Positions 40,125 through 52,172 of a stretch of 64,000 bases of DNA are shown piece after piece (position 1 is the first letter of the stretch; every line of letters starts with the position of its first letter). A program made the position numbers and the translations under genes. The notes under the pieces are model-generated. The model searched no databases, was not told the origin of the DNA, and saw only the letters and a list, made by a program, of their open reading frames with translations. Source of the DNA: Laetmonice hystrix (taxonomy: Eukaryota); the NCBI GenBank assembly GCA_965235115.1, contig OZ249436.1:22880001-22944000 (forward strand). Direction: 5' to 3'.

Positions 40125-40322
40125 TCTGTTACGGCATATATTGTCGCAGCGATATATTATCGCCGGCAACAATATATGCCAATGTCCATGGCATATATTG
40201 TCGCCCATCGCCGGGCATCGGCACATATTGTCGCCGGCGACAATAAGTTACTACATGCAGCGGACTGCAGTGGCGACAATATGTGCCATGGACATGGCAT
40301 ATTGTCGCCGGCGACAATACAG
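40125..40322. repeat. Palindromic subrepeat cluster (ATATTGTCGCCGGCGACAATAT), MITE fragment
   Basis: Several direct and inverted GGCATATATTGTCGC units. Confidence 0.6.
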
Positions 40323-40711
40323 CAGGGATGAAAGTGGCCAGCAGCAAAATGTAAAATTTCCTAAAAATCCTGACCGGGGGGGGGGGGGGGCAGGGGTCAA
40401 TGTCCATAATATTTGTTCATGCGCAGATCCATGGGGCTTAACCCCCCCCCCCCCCCCCCTCAAAAAAAGTTAGGCTAGGAACAGCAGACAATCATGATCC
40501 GACAAGGCCCCCTAGATATTATATAGGGCCTAGCCCTCGGTATTGACCCCCCCCCCCCCAAGCACATTTGCTGGAGAGACTATCACTAGTATCAGTCATC
40601 AGTCCATGCCAGTCCATGCTTGCCTGTCGACCTCTGGCTCTGCCGTCTCTCTCCAACATTGGAATCCAGTCGGCTTTTAGTGTCCAAAAACACACGATTT
40701 CGTTGCCATAG

Positions 40712-42096
40712 GGTCACAATTCATGAACTGGGGTATCAAAAATGGGGGATTGTAACACATCTGACAAAGTTGTCCCCTTTTAAATCGAACTTTTACTCAG
40801 TAGAATAGGGCTACAACAACAAACTAGGTATATTCTGAAAGCTTATGATGTCACCTTTCTAATGATGTCACATTTATCACAGTTTGATTCAATGCAACCA
40901 AGTTCTTGTGTTGTGAATGAAATGAGTACCTGGGGGATCGGAGGAGGCGGTGCATTTTCAATACAGACTTCAATGTGTGGTTCTGTTATTAGCATATAGG
41001 TGTCTCTAGGTTTCCAAGAGGGTCAAAGAGAGGCCAGTAGAAGGAAGCTATTTTAGTAGTGGACAGATCTTACTACAGGTAAGAACAAATTGGCCTTCCA
41101 ATTCTACAATCTTGTCAACTAGTGATCGTGAGATTTTTAATCCCCTTGTTATGCTGCGCTTGTTGGTGTATTTAGATGTGTACATGGGAATGAGAAAATT
41201 GGAACAGGCACGTGGGTGTTTAGTTTGCATTGTGATCCCTATATATGAGGATTTTATGCATAAATAGTCATGAAGGGTATACAGCTGGGACTGCCAATGG
41301 ACTACGAGTTAGGAGTAGTACAACGATTTTGATTTAGGATGGTCAAGTTTACATCAAAACGGAATTGTCATAAGGTTTTATGAATTTGAAAAACAAAAGA
41401 TAAGGGTTATACTTTGACTTAAGTAGTTTTATACATATGGGCCCAGAATCGCCCGCTTCACCCCTTAGCACAACCCTTGGTAGTTGCCAGTATTATTAGG
41501 TTATTATTTCACTGTATTTGTACTAAGTCAGTACACTTTGTTGCGAGGTCCGAGGTGCAAGATGGTGCTAATTACAATTATCTAATAATTATTTATTATC
41601 TTAAGAGATTTATTTTCTCATTGTTGGCTTTTATTTAACTTTACACAGTCATGGATTGCCCGAGGGCTCTAAATATAAAAGCTGATCATTTCCATTGCAT
41701 TTTTCATGATTTTCACCCACCTGATTTTCAAAGTTCTTTTTTGTAGTCATTTTGGTGTGGGACATCAAAACATGAGGTCTCACTTGAAAGAACATTTTCT
41801 TGTCTGCATTTTGCCACCAGTTTGGTGAAATTCGGTTGAAATAAAGGGAAGTTAGGCTTATTTTTGTCAAACCATGTCCGTTTTGAGAAAATCAATAAAA
41901 AAGGTTGGAGTCCCAATGCATTATCCCATTGATTACGGTAATTCAATTGTACTTTATTCATTAACGGATGTGAATAATAGAGTCAGTCTATGTGCAATTA
42001 AGAGACCTTCATTTGTTTATTTCACAGAATGAATATTGAAAAATTGACCATTTTGACCCTGTTACACTTTTTGCCCCCAGTTCATGAATCACGACC
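40712..42096. mobile_element. Non-autonomous DNA transposon with 4-bp TSD (Sola-like)
   Basis: GGTCACAATTCATGAACTGGGG pairs with CCCCAGTTCATGAATCACGACC; ATAG on both flanks (40708-11, 42097-100). Confidence 0.7.
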
Positions 42097-42846
42097 ATAG
42101 AGCTTACATGTGTTATACTGACAAAACAGGCTGTCCACCAGTCTTGACCCTCGGCTCTGAGCGAAGCAAGACAGTCGGGTGGCCCAGCCCGTGTGTCCAT
42201 GTGCCAATCATGTGGTTGTGAATTTTGACTTCCGGTCTTATCCGGACACCTGCACTGATCAACAAATGTAATGAAAAGTCCTGACAACCCCGAAACTTCA
42301 GTGAAAACCACCTACTTAATGCCATTATCCTCAAATGGTTACAAAAGAAAACATTACGAGAGCTTACTGACATTTATATTAGGCAGATTCATAGAACTAA
42401 AAGTCTAATCACCGTGTCAAGAATATTTGGATGGGTGACTGAGTGAGCACGGCAGGCCTAAAAATAGCTTTCAGTGCTTCAAGGCCCGGCACGTTGTCAG
42501 TTAGACGGAGTATCGTCCCCAGTGTAGGGACGGACAGCGTTAGCGCGAAAAACCCTACCTCCGATGTCAATCACTCGCTGTGCAAAATCCATCGTAACTA
42601 CTGCCAGTTGAGGTGTCAATTCTAACGCAGCCCATCTTCTGTTCCTCTGCTGCACACTTTTCCGAGGATTTTTGCCCAAAGTTTTAATAAATTAGACTTC
42701 CGAAATTCCGAATCGCGCTGGTTCACTGCCGTTAACCGCCATACTGTTTGTTCTACTGCGCATGTTCAAAACATGCACACGGGCGACCAGCAGCGGAGCA
42801 TTCATTATTCTAGACCAAACAGCAATTCCTCCATTATGGCGCCAAA

Positions 42847-43065
42847 CTAATAGCCAACGTTTGAAATGACTGCTCCCTTCGTGAGCTTGACCCCGGATGT
42901 GGGTTTACAGAAATGGCGCCGGTTGTAAAGTGGTCGCTTGGTTTGGAAAATTGGCCGAATCTGTTGCTTAGAGGAACACCAAGTAAGTTCATTGGGCTCA
43001 GTAGCTGAAGGTAAAGGCAATCTTTTATTTGAAGTGATGGAAGAGGTGATGGCGCACATTCATTT
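42847..43065 (-). pseudogene. Possible decayed THAP domain, transposon-derived
   Basis: CAITSS..RLP..W..RRHF..KLTKGAVIS has THAP-like spacing (C, P, W, HF, AVP box), but two cysteines are missing. Confidence 0.3.
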
Positions 43066-43415
43066 TGCGGGTTGAACGTTTGGTCTCGTAGCCCGTTCGC
43101 TACAGGATAGGCCGTGTATACACACGGCCTATGTTAGAGGCTAGTTGTCAGTGAACTACGCATGTACTTTGCGGTCTGGCTGCATTCCTTTCCGTTCCTG
43201 AATACTGCCATAGGTTATCAAGCCTGGGTCAATGGGCTTCCTATCCTTATTATTCAGGAACGTTAGATTAGGAGGACAGACGTAAGCCTTGGCTGAGTTC
43301 GTTTGGTTAACTCTACTTCTACCCGGGTCCATGAATATGACGTCATATGGTTTGACTGCGCATGTTCAATCCGAGTTGCGCTCGAACGCGTTCTAAGGTC
43401 TCAAACATTGCAGCG

Positions 43416-43712
43416 ATGCCGACAACATATCAGTTACTGTTTGATATATTTGACGACACCATAGGAACCACCATGCTGTTGTCACAGAACCAAACGGAAG
43501 CAACTGTAGGCCCTACTAGCCAGAATCCTCCATCATGAGAGGAATCATGTGCCACGCATAAAGTTTTTTTCCGGAAGAAGTCGTTCCTCTATACTCCATG
43601 GAAGACTTTGCTATGCACTTTCGCGTTAGTAGTGACTTTGAACACGTACGTCTTGCACAGTATTGGACCGTCTTTGACTTCTGACCACGCTGGTGGAAGG
43701 GACCCAATATCT
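43416..43712 (+). pseudogene. Harbinger/PIF transposase N-terminal remnant, frameshifted
   Basis: ERNHVPRIKFFPEEVVPLYSMEDFAMHFRVSSDFE/SIGPSLTSDHAGGRDPIS fits the PRI...E.VVP.Y...F..HFR.S...GR.PI pattern. Not in the ORF track. Confidence 0.72.
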
Positions 43713-44869
43713 AATCTGCATTAGGCTATACAAGAAATATTTGTTCGAGTGGATGAATTAAAAAAAACATTCTTAGATCTAGGCCTACAGAGTATTACTA
43801 GGCCTCGATCTACGTTACGCCTATTCAACCTAAACTTAAAATGGAAAGTTCTATGACAAAATCATGGGTGACGAAATATAAGTCGGGGGGGGGGGGGCTA
43901 GTAGGCTACTCTATAGTGTATTACTCTATTTGTATTTATTTCGCTGGTTTCTTGTGTTTGTAATTACTTTTTATTTTGTCATTTTTGTTACCGTACGATC
44001 GGGGGGCGGAGAGATACCGATCTCATCCCTCTATTAATGGGGTTATGTACGGTACGAGTGCAAGCTCACAGTCACTGCACATTTCTAGGGACTCCCAGGC
44101 CTACCGATAAGGCCTAAGGCTTGGCTAAGTCAAATTAACGTTACCGGTACGTTACATCTATTGTGGACCTGCATGACTTTATAACAGGCTGGGAATTTGA
44201 CAGGGTTCGGTGATCCGGAGGATCCCAGATTTTGCTTTGGGATCCGGATGTCTATGATTCTGTGTGACTTTGTGCACTACGCTGACTCGGTCGGGCTGCA
44301 GCCAGCCATACCGCTGACCCTCTGGCACCGCTGTCCCCCGGGCCGACACTCAGTCACACAACCCACAGCGACACGGGCAGGCGGTGCTATACCAGACCCG
44401 GCAGATGGGAGGTAGTGTGCCGGTAGGAAATCACCCAAGCGGGCCGGCCTATGGCACGGCGACATTGAGGCTAACTTGGTTCCCGCCTCCCGTCAGGTTG
44501 AGGCACTCTAATATCGGATCATATCCCCCATCTATAAACGAACTTTAGCAGGTAGATATATTGAGCTGCATGGTGTTAAAAAAACGTTCCGGAAGAGGAT
44601 ATTCTTCCATTTGATATTAACAAATAAAATTGCCCACCACTCATGTTAGGCCTATATTTCCTTTTTTAATTTGGGGTGGTTTTTTTTATTTTTAAAAATT
44701 TCCTGATATCAGGAAATTTCCTGAAAACGTTCATCCCTGAATTACAGGGTGTCCCCCCAAAAATGTCCACGGCAAACCAGGCAACCTATGAATCTATGTC
44801 CCCCCCGGATCCCGATGGGGAATCTTCTTACATGAAAAAAAGTCTTTATTTCAACAAAATCAGTCAAGA

Positions 44870-45000
44870 GAATCTTAGAAGTGTATGGGTCGATTTCTTT
44901 AAAAGTTCACACACAATGATCAGGGATGGTCTGAGGATGATGCAGGTCAAACAGATTTTTGACATCATTCAAAATGGCGGCCGTCCTGGATGTAAACACA
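44870..45000 (+). mobile_element. HINE family 1 fragment
   Basis: Reverse complement of about 35040-35165. Confidence 0.65.
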
Positions 45001-45039
45001 AATGTGTTTGTAAACCTAACCATACTGTGATGGACGAAA

Positions 45040-45692
45040 GAGGGTTAATATAGCTGAACCCCACTATAATCTTAATATGACAGTTAGTAGACATACAGGG
45101 CTGCCGGATAAAAAAGATTTCATTCAAATCTGATGAGGGCGCATTGAGATATGCGACCCCCCAAAACACTGAATTGTACATTTTGACCAACTTGAGCGCC
45201 ACCTATACTCTCGCGACTTCATTATCCCACATTAATTTCAAGTGGCATAGTATTTGGGCTTGCTAATGGAATCATATCATGCATACACTATCTTGGGATG
45301 TTGAGGGCGCAGTCCAGAAATGCCTCAAATATAAGTGTCACTTCAGCAAAAACTAATGTTTTGCAGCGCCCCCTATAGGTGGCGCCCCCAACTGCCCGCA
45401 GAAATTTTGCAATTTTCCGGAACTCCTTCCATCGCAGATTGACATCAATCAAAATGAAGCTGGGCAGGCATGGCGCATTGAGATATTTCAATTTCAAAAG
45501 CTAATTTTGTAAGAAGTCAAATTTTGGCCCTCAAGAAATTGACCCTTCTAGAGGCCCTAAAAAACGTTTGGTTTAGGGACCTAAAATTTTAGGCTTTTTC
45601 TATCTACCAATAGGCCTTCCACCAAAAACAATTCAGGCAAATCTGAGACGGGCATATATCATCCACCGCCTGAATCTTAAAAGAATTGCCTC
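45040..45692. mobile_element. One-ended DNA transposon fragment (Sola3-like end CTC|TTAA)
   Basis: Ends AAGAATTGCCTC then TTAA; repeated GGCGCATTGAGATAT; no partner end found. Confidence 0.35.
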
Positions 45693-46620
45693 TTAACTAC
45701 ATTTTACGATATGGCCCACCTATACAGAGGGCGACACCTCGAGGTGATCGGTGTTTATGTTAAAACAGGAGATAAACATCTCTAAAAGGAGCAGGGTAAC
45801 AAAATCCAAAGAAAAATAATTTACTGCTTAATACATGCGAAAGACTTTACAACTTCCACTAAATAAACGACTAGGAATATTGTCTGGGTTAACATGAATC
45901 CTTCAGGGCCGAACCTCCCTTCCATTCGTGTCATTGTATGGCTATTAATGGCTAATGGACAATTTGATTTATGGCCCTTACATCTCCAGCTACTAAACGA
46001 ATGTCCAAGACCCCACTACCAGTCCCCTCCTCTACACTTCAAACGCTGCGTCTCGTTTCCTGCTGTCAATGTGCTGCTCCCAGAAATACTCTCCTCAAAT
46101 ACAGCCCAAACAAAGCACACCTTCATCTTTTTTCTTTCTTGAGATGCACACGCAGACCCAATCGGGTTATCTGGATTGGGATTCCACCAAATTTCATCTC
46201 TGCATAGGGATAATCAAATTTGTTCTCGTTTGGAGGCAACAGTGGCTTTGATTAGGGAGTGGCCCCACAACCAGGCAAAAATAGTATCACTCGGCGAAGA
46301 GCCTCGGCCTAACACTGAAACGTTTACTTTTGACGTCCATATCAGCAGCAACATCAGCAGCGTTTGGTTTTACTCGACCAATTGAAGATAATGTGTTTCC
46401 CCTAAAGGTTTGTCGTCATAATCGGATCCTGCTTGGGCACACAGCCTTAACTCATCATCCGAAAAAGTTGACAGAGCAATTTATTTGTTGTGAACATTTG
46501 TATGGATAAGTCAGTATAAAAGTAAGAGCAAGTACGATAAGTTCGATAAATTTTTGCTACGTTTCACTCATGTCTCCATTCTAATTATAAGTTTCGGATG
46601 ATTCAAATCCTGTATTAATG

Positions 46621-46857
46621 CCGGTGTGAGATCGATATTGGACCCCCCATAGAATCTGGACCCCCGGTGCATGCATTGAATAATGTTTTATAGTTCCTGT
46701 AAAACAATTAACAGCAAAAACGATGGGGGGTACAATTTCTATAAGGGGGCTCCAATTTCTATTATAGAATATGGACCGGGGGGGGGGTCCAAATCCTATA
46801 ATAGAAATTGTACCCCCGGTACAGATTCTATGGTTACCATTTCCTATATGACACTGG
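46621..46857. mobile_element. Short MITE, CCGGTGT..ACACTGG type
   Basis: Terminal match plus mirrored GGACCCCC/GGGGGTCC and ATAGAA/TTCTAT subrepeats. Confidence 0.65.
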
Positions 46858-47644
46858 TTGTACGGTGGTCAACAACTGAGTTTAATTTAAGGTAAATGGA
46901 ACCATCCAGCCATCACTTCACCCCTCATGTTCATCACGTCCCCCACTGCCTTCAAATGTGGCAAGCGGTACATCATGCTACAATTGTTTCCACGAACAAC
47001 CAACTACACTGCGGAGAGCCGTCGGAAGCAGGTACACACCTTGAGATAAAATAGTACTGATACATACGTACACACAGCTTTCTGTGTGTAGATTTCTTCC
47101 TTCACATGGATGCATTTAAAATTGTATGTTAAAATTAAACCTTCCAAAATCGTATTTTCTTCATGTAAGTTCTGTAAATAATTTTCCTTTCTGCTAAAGA
47201 TTTCTATTTTAGCCATTGATTTCCCAGTGTCACTTTCACCCAAATACGTCTTATAGACGTCTCTGTGGACAAGCGAGGCAACTATCCTCTTCCAGGCATT
47301 AAATCTGATTGAATTAATTACATTTGTCATGCCCCTACAGCCATCCAATGAAAGTGAGCTGTGCTGGCATCCTCCGCTGTGTGCCGTACTTTCCTCCCTG
47401 GCTCCTTCGGCCCGGGGAGGTGTCCGTCATATCTCCTCATCTAATTCCCGATCAGAAACACTTCATTCGTTTCGCTTGGACCTACGATTAATAAGTTATG
47501 ACATCTTGCGTTACTTGCTCTGCTGTCTTGAGTGCCGGAGACCTCAGCTGGGACTGTGATTTTGTTTCCGGTTTGACGAGTTCCTCGGTTGTCGATCAGC
47601 AGGCTGCTGCCGGGTAACACAACCGTGCTCCCTCGCCCCATCCC

Positions 47645-48470
47645 CGCGTGAACGGCCATCATTTAACCCTCCCCCCGCGTGAACGGTCATCATTTAACCC
47701 TCCCCCGGCGTGAACGGTCATCATTTAACCCTACCCCCCCTCCCCGCGTGAACGGTCATCATTTAACCCTCCCCCCGCGTGAACGGTCATCATTTAACCC
47801 ATCCCCGCGTGAACGGACATCATTTAACCCACCTTCGCGTGAACGGTCATCATTTAACCCCCCCCCCCGCGTGAACGGTCATCATTTAACCCTCCCCCCG
47901 CGTGAACGGTCATCATTTAACCCTACCCCCCCCCGCGTGAACGGTCATCATTTAACCCTCCCCCCGCGTGAACGGTCATCATTTAACCCTCCCCCGCGTG
48001 AACGGTCATCATTTAACCCTACCCCCCCCCCGCGTGAACGGCCATCATTTAACCCTCCCCCGCGTGAACGGTCATCTTTTAACCCTACCCCCCCCCGCGT
48101 GAACGGTCATCATTTAACCCACCTCCGCGTGAACGGTCATCATTTAACCCTCCCTCCGCGTGAACGGTCATTATTTAACCCTCCCTCCGCGTGAACGGTC
48201 ATCATTTAACCCACCCCCGCGTGAACGGTCATCATTTAACCCTCCCTCCGCGTGAACGGTCATCATTTAACCCTACCCCCCCCCCCGCGTGAACGGCCAT
48301 CATTTAACCCTCCCTCCGCGTGAACGGTCATCATTTAACCCTCCCTCCGCGTGAACGGCCATCATTTAACCCTCCCTCCGCGTGAACGGCCATCATTTAA
48401 CCCTCACCCCCCCCCCCCGCGTGAACGACCATCATTGACCCCCCCCCCCCCCCCACGTGAACGGCCATCA
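47645..48470. repeat. 31-38-bp minisatellite (CGCGTGAACGGTCATCATTTAACCCTCCCCC)n, about 25 copies
   Basis: Constant core with a variable-length C-rich linker. Confidence 0.95.
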
Positions 48471-49762
48471 TTGAACACACCCCACACTCCACACCCCGCC
48501 GCCAACCGCTCACCTAAAGCCACGCCTGTGCAACCATCATGCCTGTAGGAGCCGTTACAGTGAAATGGAAGATGTCTGAAAGGTGTGATTATCTAATGGA
48601 AGTGCTAGGGTCCGACTGCCACCCCCTCACAACCATCCCTGCCAGTATTCACAGGGATGGCAGCAACTGGCGTTTAATGCCCCTTTCAATCACACATCAG
48701 CGTCCCCACCAGCCGTCTGGGGTGTTTGGACCCCATGCAGACTGGCAGAGGTTTCGCTAGCTAACCCCGATGATCGTCCCCTCTCAGGTCATAACTCAGG
48801 TCATATTATTAAAAAAACAAAACCCGTTCGGAGTCATAGCCCCCAACTGGGAAGAGAGTAATTATCTGGGGCTATAGGAACTATGCGTTCTTTGTTTTTT
48901 TAGATACAGTCCATGACAGACTTGATTACATGATTTACAAAGAAACTTCATATGTCTTCATCCATGATTAATACTTGGTAAGTTTGAATGGTTTTCGAGA
49001 TATCAACCGTCGAAAACGTACATGCCCTCAATGTTGAGGGAAATAGTGTCAAATGAAACTTAATATACCCCACAGTGTCTGCGTGTGTTGGGAGAAGTAG
49101 CATCTTCTCTGAGCTCAGCGGTCACTCCCGGGTCTCACTCGGGTCTAAATATGATTCTGCATGACCTTTAAACAGATAGCCCACCGTGTGTGTACCCGGC
49201 CGTGGTGCGAAACGTGACGGTAGCTGTGGGGTTTGTTTCAGAACACATTAATTGTAGATCAATATGTTATGTGCCAGCAGCGTTATAGAGGCCCCTACTG
49301 AGTTGCGTGACGTCACATGACATCATTATACGCCACTTGACGTCAGGTTATGTCACATTACATGTTTGGAAATGAAGATCATATACTATTTGCGTAATGT
49401 GACGTTATACGTCACGTTATGCTATACAGGGTGGTCCAAAAAATGTACCCATTTTACATTTGATGGCAAACTTTTTCACTAAAATGTAAACAATAGATGG
49501 GAAATTTATCCCTCCAATTTTTGTTGAAATCCACTAAGGCCCGTATGCACCGCCTTCACTTTAGCCCTACTTTCCCCAAAGTATAGCCTTAGCTCCACTT
49601 TTCTTATGCACCAGCTCAACTTTTCGTCCACTTTGGTGAAAGTGACACTTTCAGAGGTCCACACGAAAGGAACGGCTAAGTCAGGGCAGGAGGTCCCTTT
49701 AGCTACACTTTCGGTCGGCCTCAGCACATTGAGGGTGCATGAAATCTTTGAAAAAGGGTATC

Positions 49763-49912
49763 ATGGACGATTTGCTAGATAATATCGAGCAAATTTATCA
49801 GCTTTGAGCAAGTAGGAGTGGTCGGCCATATATACAAGATCATGCCAAGCCATTTGAGGAGTACAGTGATGAGCAGTTCCTGTATCCGTTTATACCAAAG
49901 CATTCTGTAATG
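49763..49912 (+). pseudogene. Harbinger (HARBI1-like) transposase N-terminal remnant
   Basis: MDDLLDNIEQIYQL*ASRSGRPYIQDHAKPFEEYSDEQFLYPFIPKHSVM resembles R..RDR.NP.E.Y.D.EF..R.R..K..V. Confidence 0.6.
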
Positions 49913-50911
49913 GGGAGGGGAGGGGACCGTCACCGGGAGGGCGGTCATCGGGAGGCGGCCGGTGCAGAGGGTTGGCAGTGTGGACGGGACGCCTCCTTGC
50001 AAACATTCATTCTGAACTCGCAAGTTTATCTCAAATAAAGTCAAATACATGTACAAATATAAATTTTGCTACGTATAAGATGTTAAATACAAGTACAACT
50101 AGTCATGTCGTGGCAAGACCACGATGGATCCCATCCCCGGGGTGACATGTCCTTTCTGATATTGAGTTTGAGTAGAGTTACGTTCAAGGCAGACACTTCC
50201 CGACACATCTGTAATATGCAGTGGTGTTTGGGAAGTGCCAGGTAATGTGTCAAGTTATGACCCTGAGAGGATATTTATGACATCCTTATGACGTCATAGT
50301 AACTATGGCTGCATCTTCAACCATTTACCAGCTATAGCCCAGGGAATATATATGTGACCTCCTTATGACGTCATAGGTCACGTGACTTACAAAACAATGG
50401 TGCCAACTGAAATATCATATATGACTTCCTGTCTGGCACCGTTTACAAGTTATAGCCCTGGGAAAATATTGGCGACCTTGCTATGACGTCATAGGTCACG
50501 TGACTGGAAAATTATGGGTGCATAATGAAAGAGCATGTATATATGACTTCATATTGGGGTTTACTAGTAACTATGGCTCAATCTTCAATCATTTACAAGT
50601 TATAGCCCTTAGAAAATGCCAATGACATTCTTATGACGTCATAGGTCACGTGACCTGGAAAATGAAGGTCTATAATGAAAGGGTACATATGACTTCCTAT
50701 TACTGTTTAATAGTAACTATGGCTATATCTTCAACCATTTACAAGTTATCGCGCTGGGCAAATATAGGTGAGGGCCATGACATTTTCTCAGGGCTTTAAC
50801 TTGTAAACGGTGCCAGATAGAGCCATAGTTACTCTTGAACACGAATAGGAAGTCATATATGGTCTTTCATTTGACACCATTATTTTGGAGGTCACGTGAC
50901 CTCGGTGCCAG

Positions 50912-51211
50912 GTGAGAGTACATGATGAAGGATCTATGTTGAAAAAATCAAGTTGATATCTTTGATAGCTCCTGAGCTATGGTTTGTTAAAGATGGGAGT
51001 AAATCTGTCGGCAGCATTTTTGTCGCGATAAAAGGAGCCACGCCCACTTTTTTGACCCCCTATAAAAAAAAAACTATACATGAAAATGAGGTAAAACTTG
51101 GCATGTTTTCATTTGGCACCACAGGCAACATGTCAAAAAAATTTGAAGCAAATCCAAGACTATCACTATGGGATTTGTCTGAAAATTGGGTGATTTCACA
51201 TGGAATGACCC
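50912..51211. mobile_element. One-ended Sola2-like fragment inserted in the satellite
   Basis: About 300 bp of foreign sequence ending CATGGAATGACCC, followed by ATAT where the satellite resumes; the other end is absent. Confidence 0.45.
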
Positions 51212-52172
51212 ATATGGTCTTTCATTTGGCACCATTGTTTTGTAAGTCACGTGACCCATGATGTCTTAACGACGTCACCTATATTTTCCAGGGCCATAAC
51301 TTGTAAATGGTTGCAGATAGAGCCATAGTTACTATTAAACACTAATAGGAAGTCATATATACTCCTTTATTATACACCTTCATTTTCCAGGTCACGTGAC
51401 TTATTGGAGCAAGGTCGCCAATATATTCTCAGGGCCATAACTTGTAAACGGTGCCAGATAGGGCCATAGTTACTATTGAACACGAATAGGAAGTCATATA
51501 TGGTCTTTCATTTGAGACCATTATTTTTCGAGTCACGTGACCTGTGACGTCATAACGACGTCACCTATATTTGCCCTGGGCCATAACTTGTAAATGGTTG
51601 AAGATAGAGCCATAGTTACTATTAAACAGTAATAGGAAGTCATATGTACCCTTTCATTATACACCTTCATTTTCGTGGTCACGTGACCTATGACGTCAGA
51701 GCAAGGTCGCCAATATGTTCTCAGGTCTATAACTTGTAAACTGTGCCAAATAGGGCCATAGTTACTATTGAACACGAATAGGAAGTCATATATGATATTT
51801 CATTTGGCACCATTGTTTTGTACGTGACGTGACCTATGACGTCATAAGGAGGTCACCTATATATTCCCTGGGCTATAACTTGTAAATGGTTGAAGATGCA
51901 GCCATAGTTACTATGACGTCATAAGGATGTCATAAATATTCTCTCAGGATCATAACTTGACACCTTACCTGGCACTTCCCAAACACCACTGCCTATTACA
52001 GATGTGTCGGGAAGTGTCTGCCTTGAACGTAACTCTACTCAAACTCAATATCAGAAAGGACATGTCACCCCGGGGATGGGATCCATCGTGGTCTCGCCAC
52101 GACATGACTAGTTATCCCATCCCCCGTCAGGGGATGGGATCTTGATATTGTCTGGTTTCGTCTTCCGTATTA

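Noticed and set aside
47004..47348. 114-aa ORF on minus strand
   Set aside because: No recognisable motif or splice support.
47679..48548. Repetitive ORFs and CRISPR-like look
   Set aside because: Linkers are short poly-C variants, not unique spacers; no cas genes; eukaryotic context.
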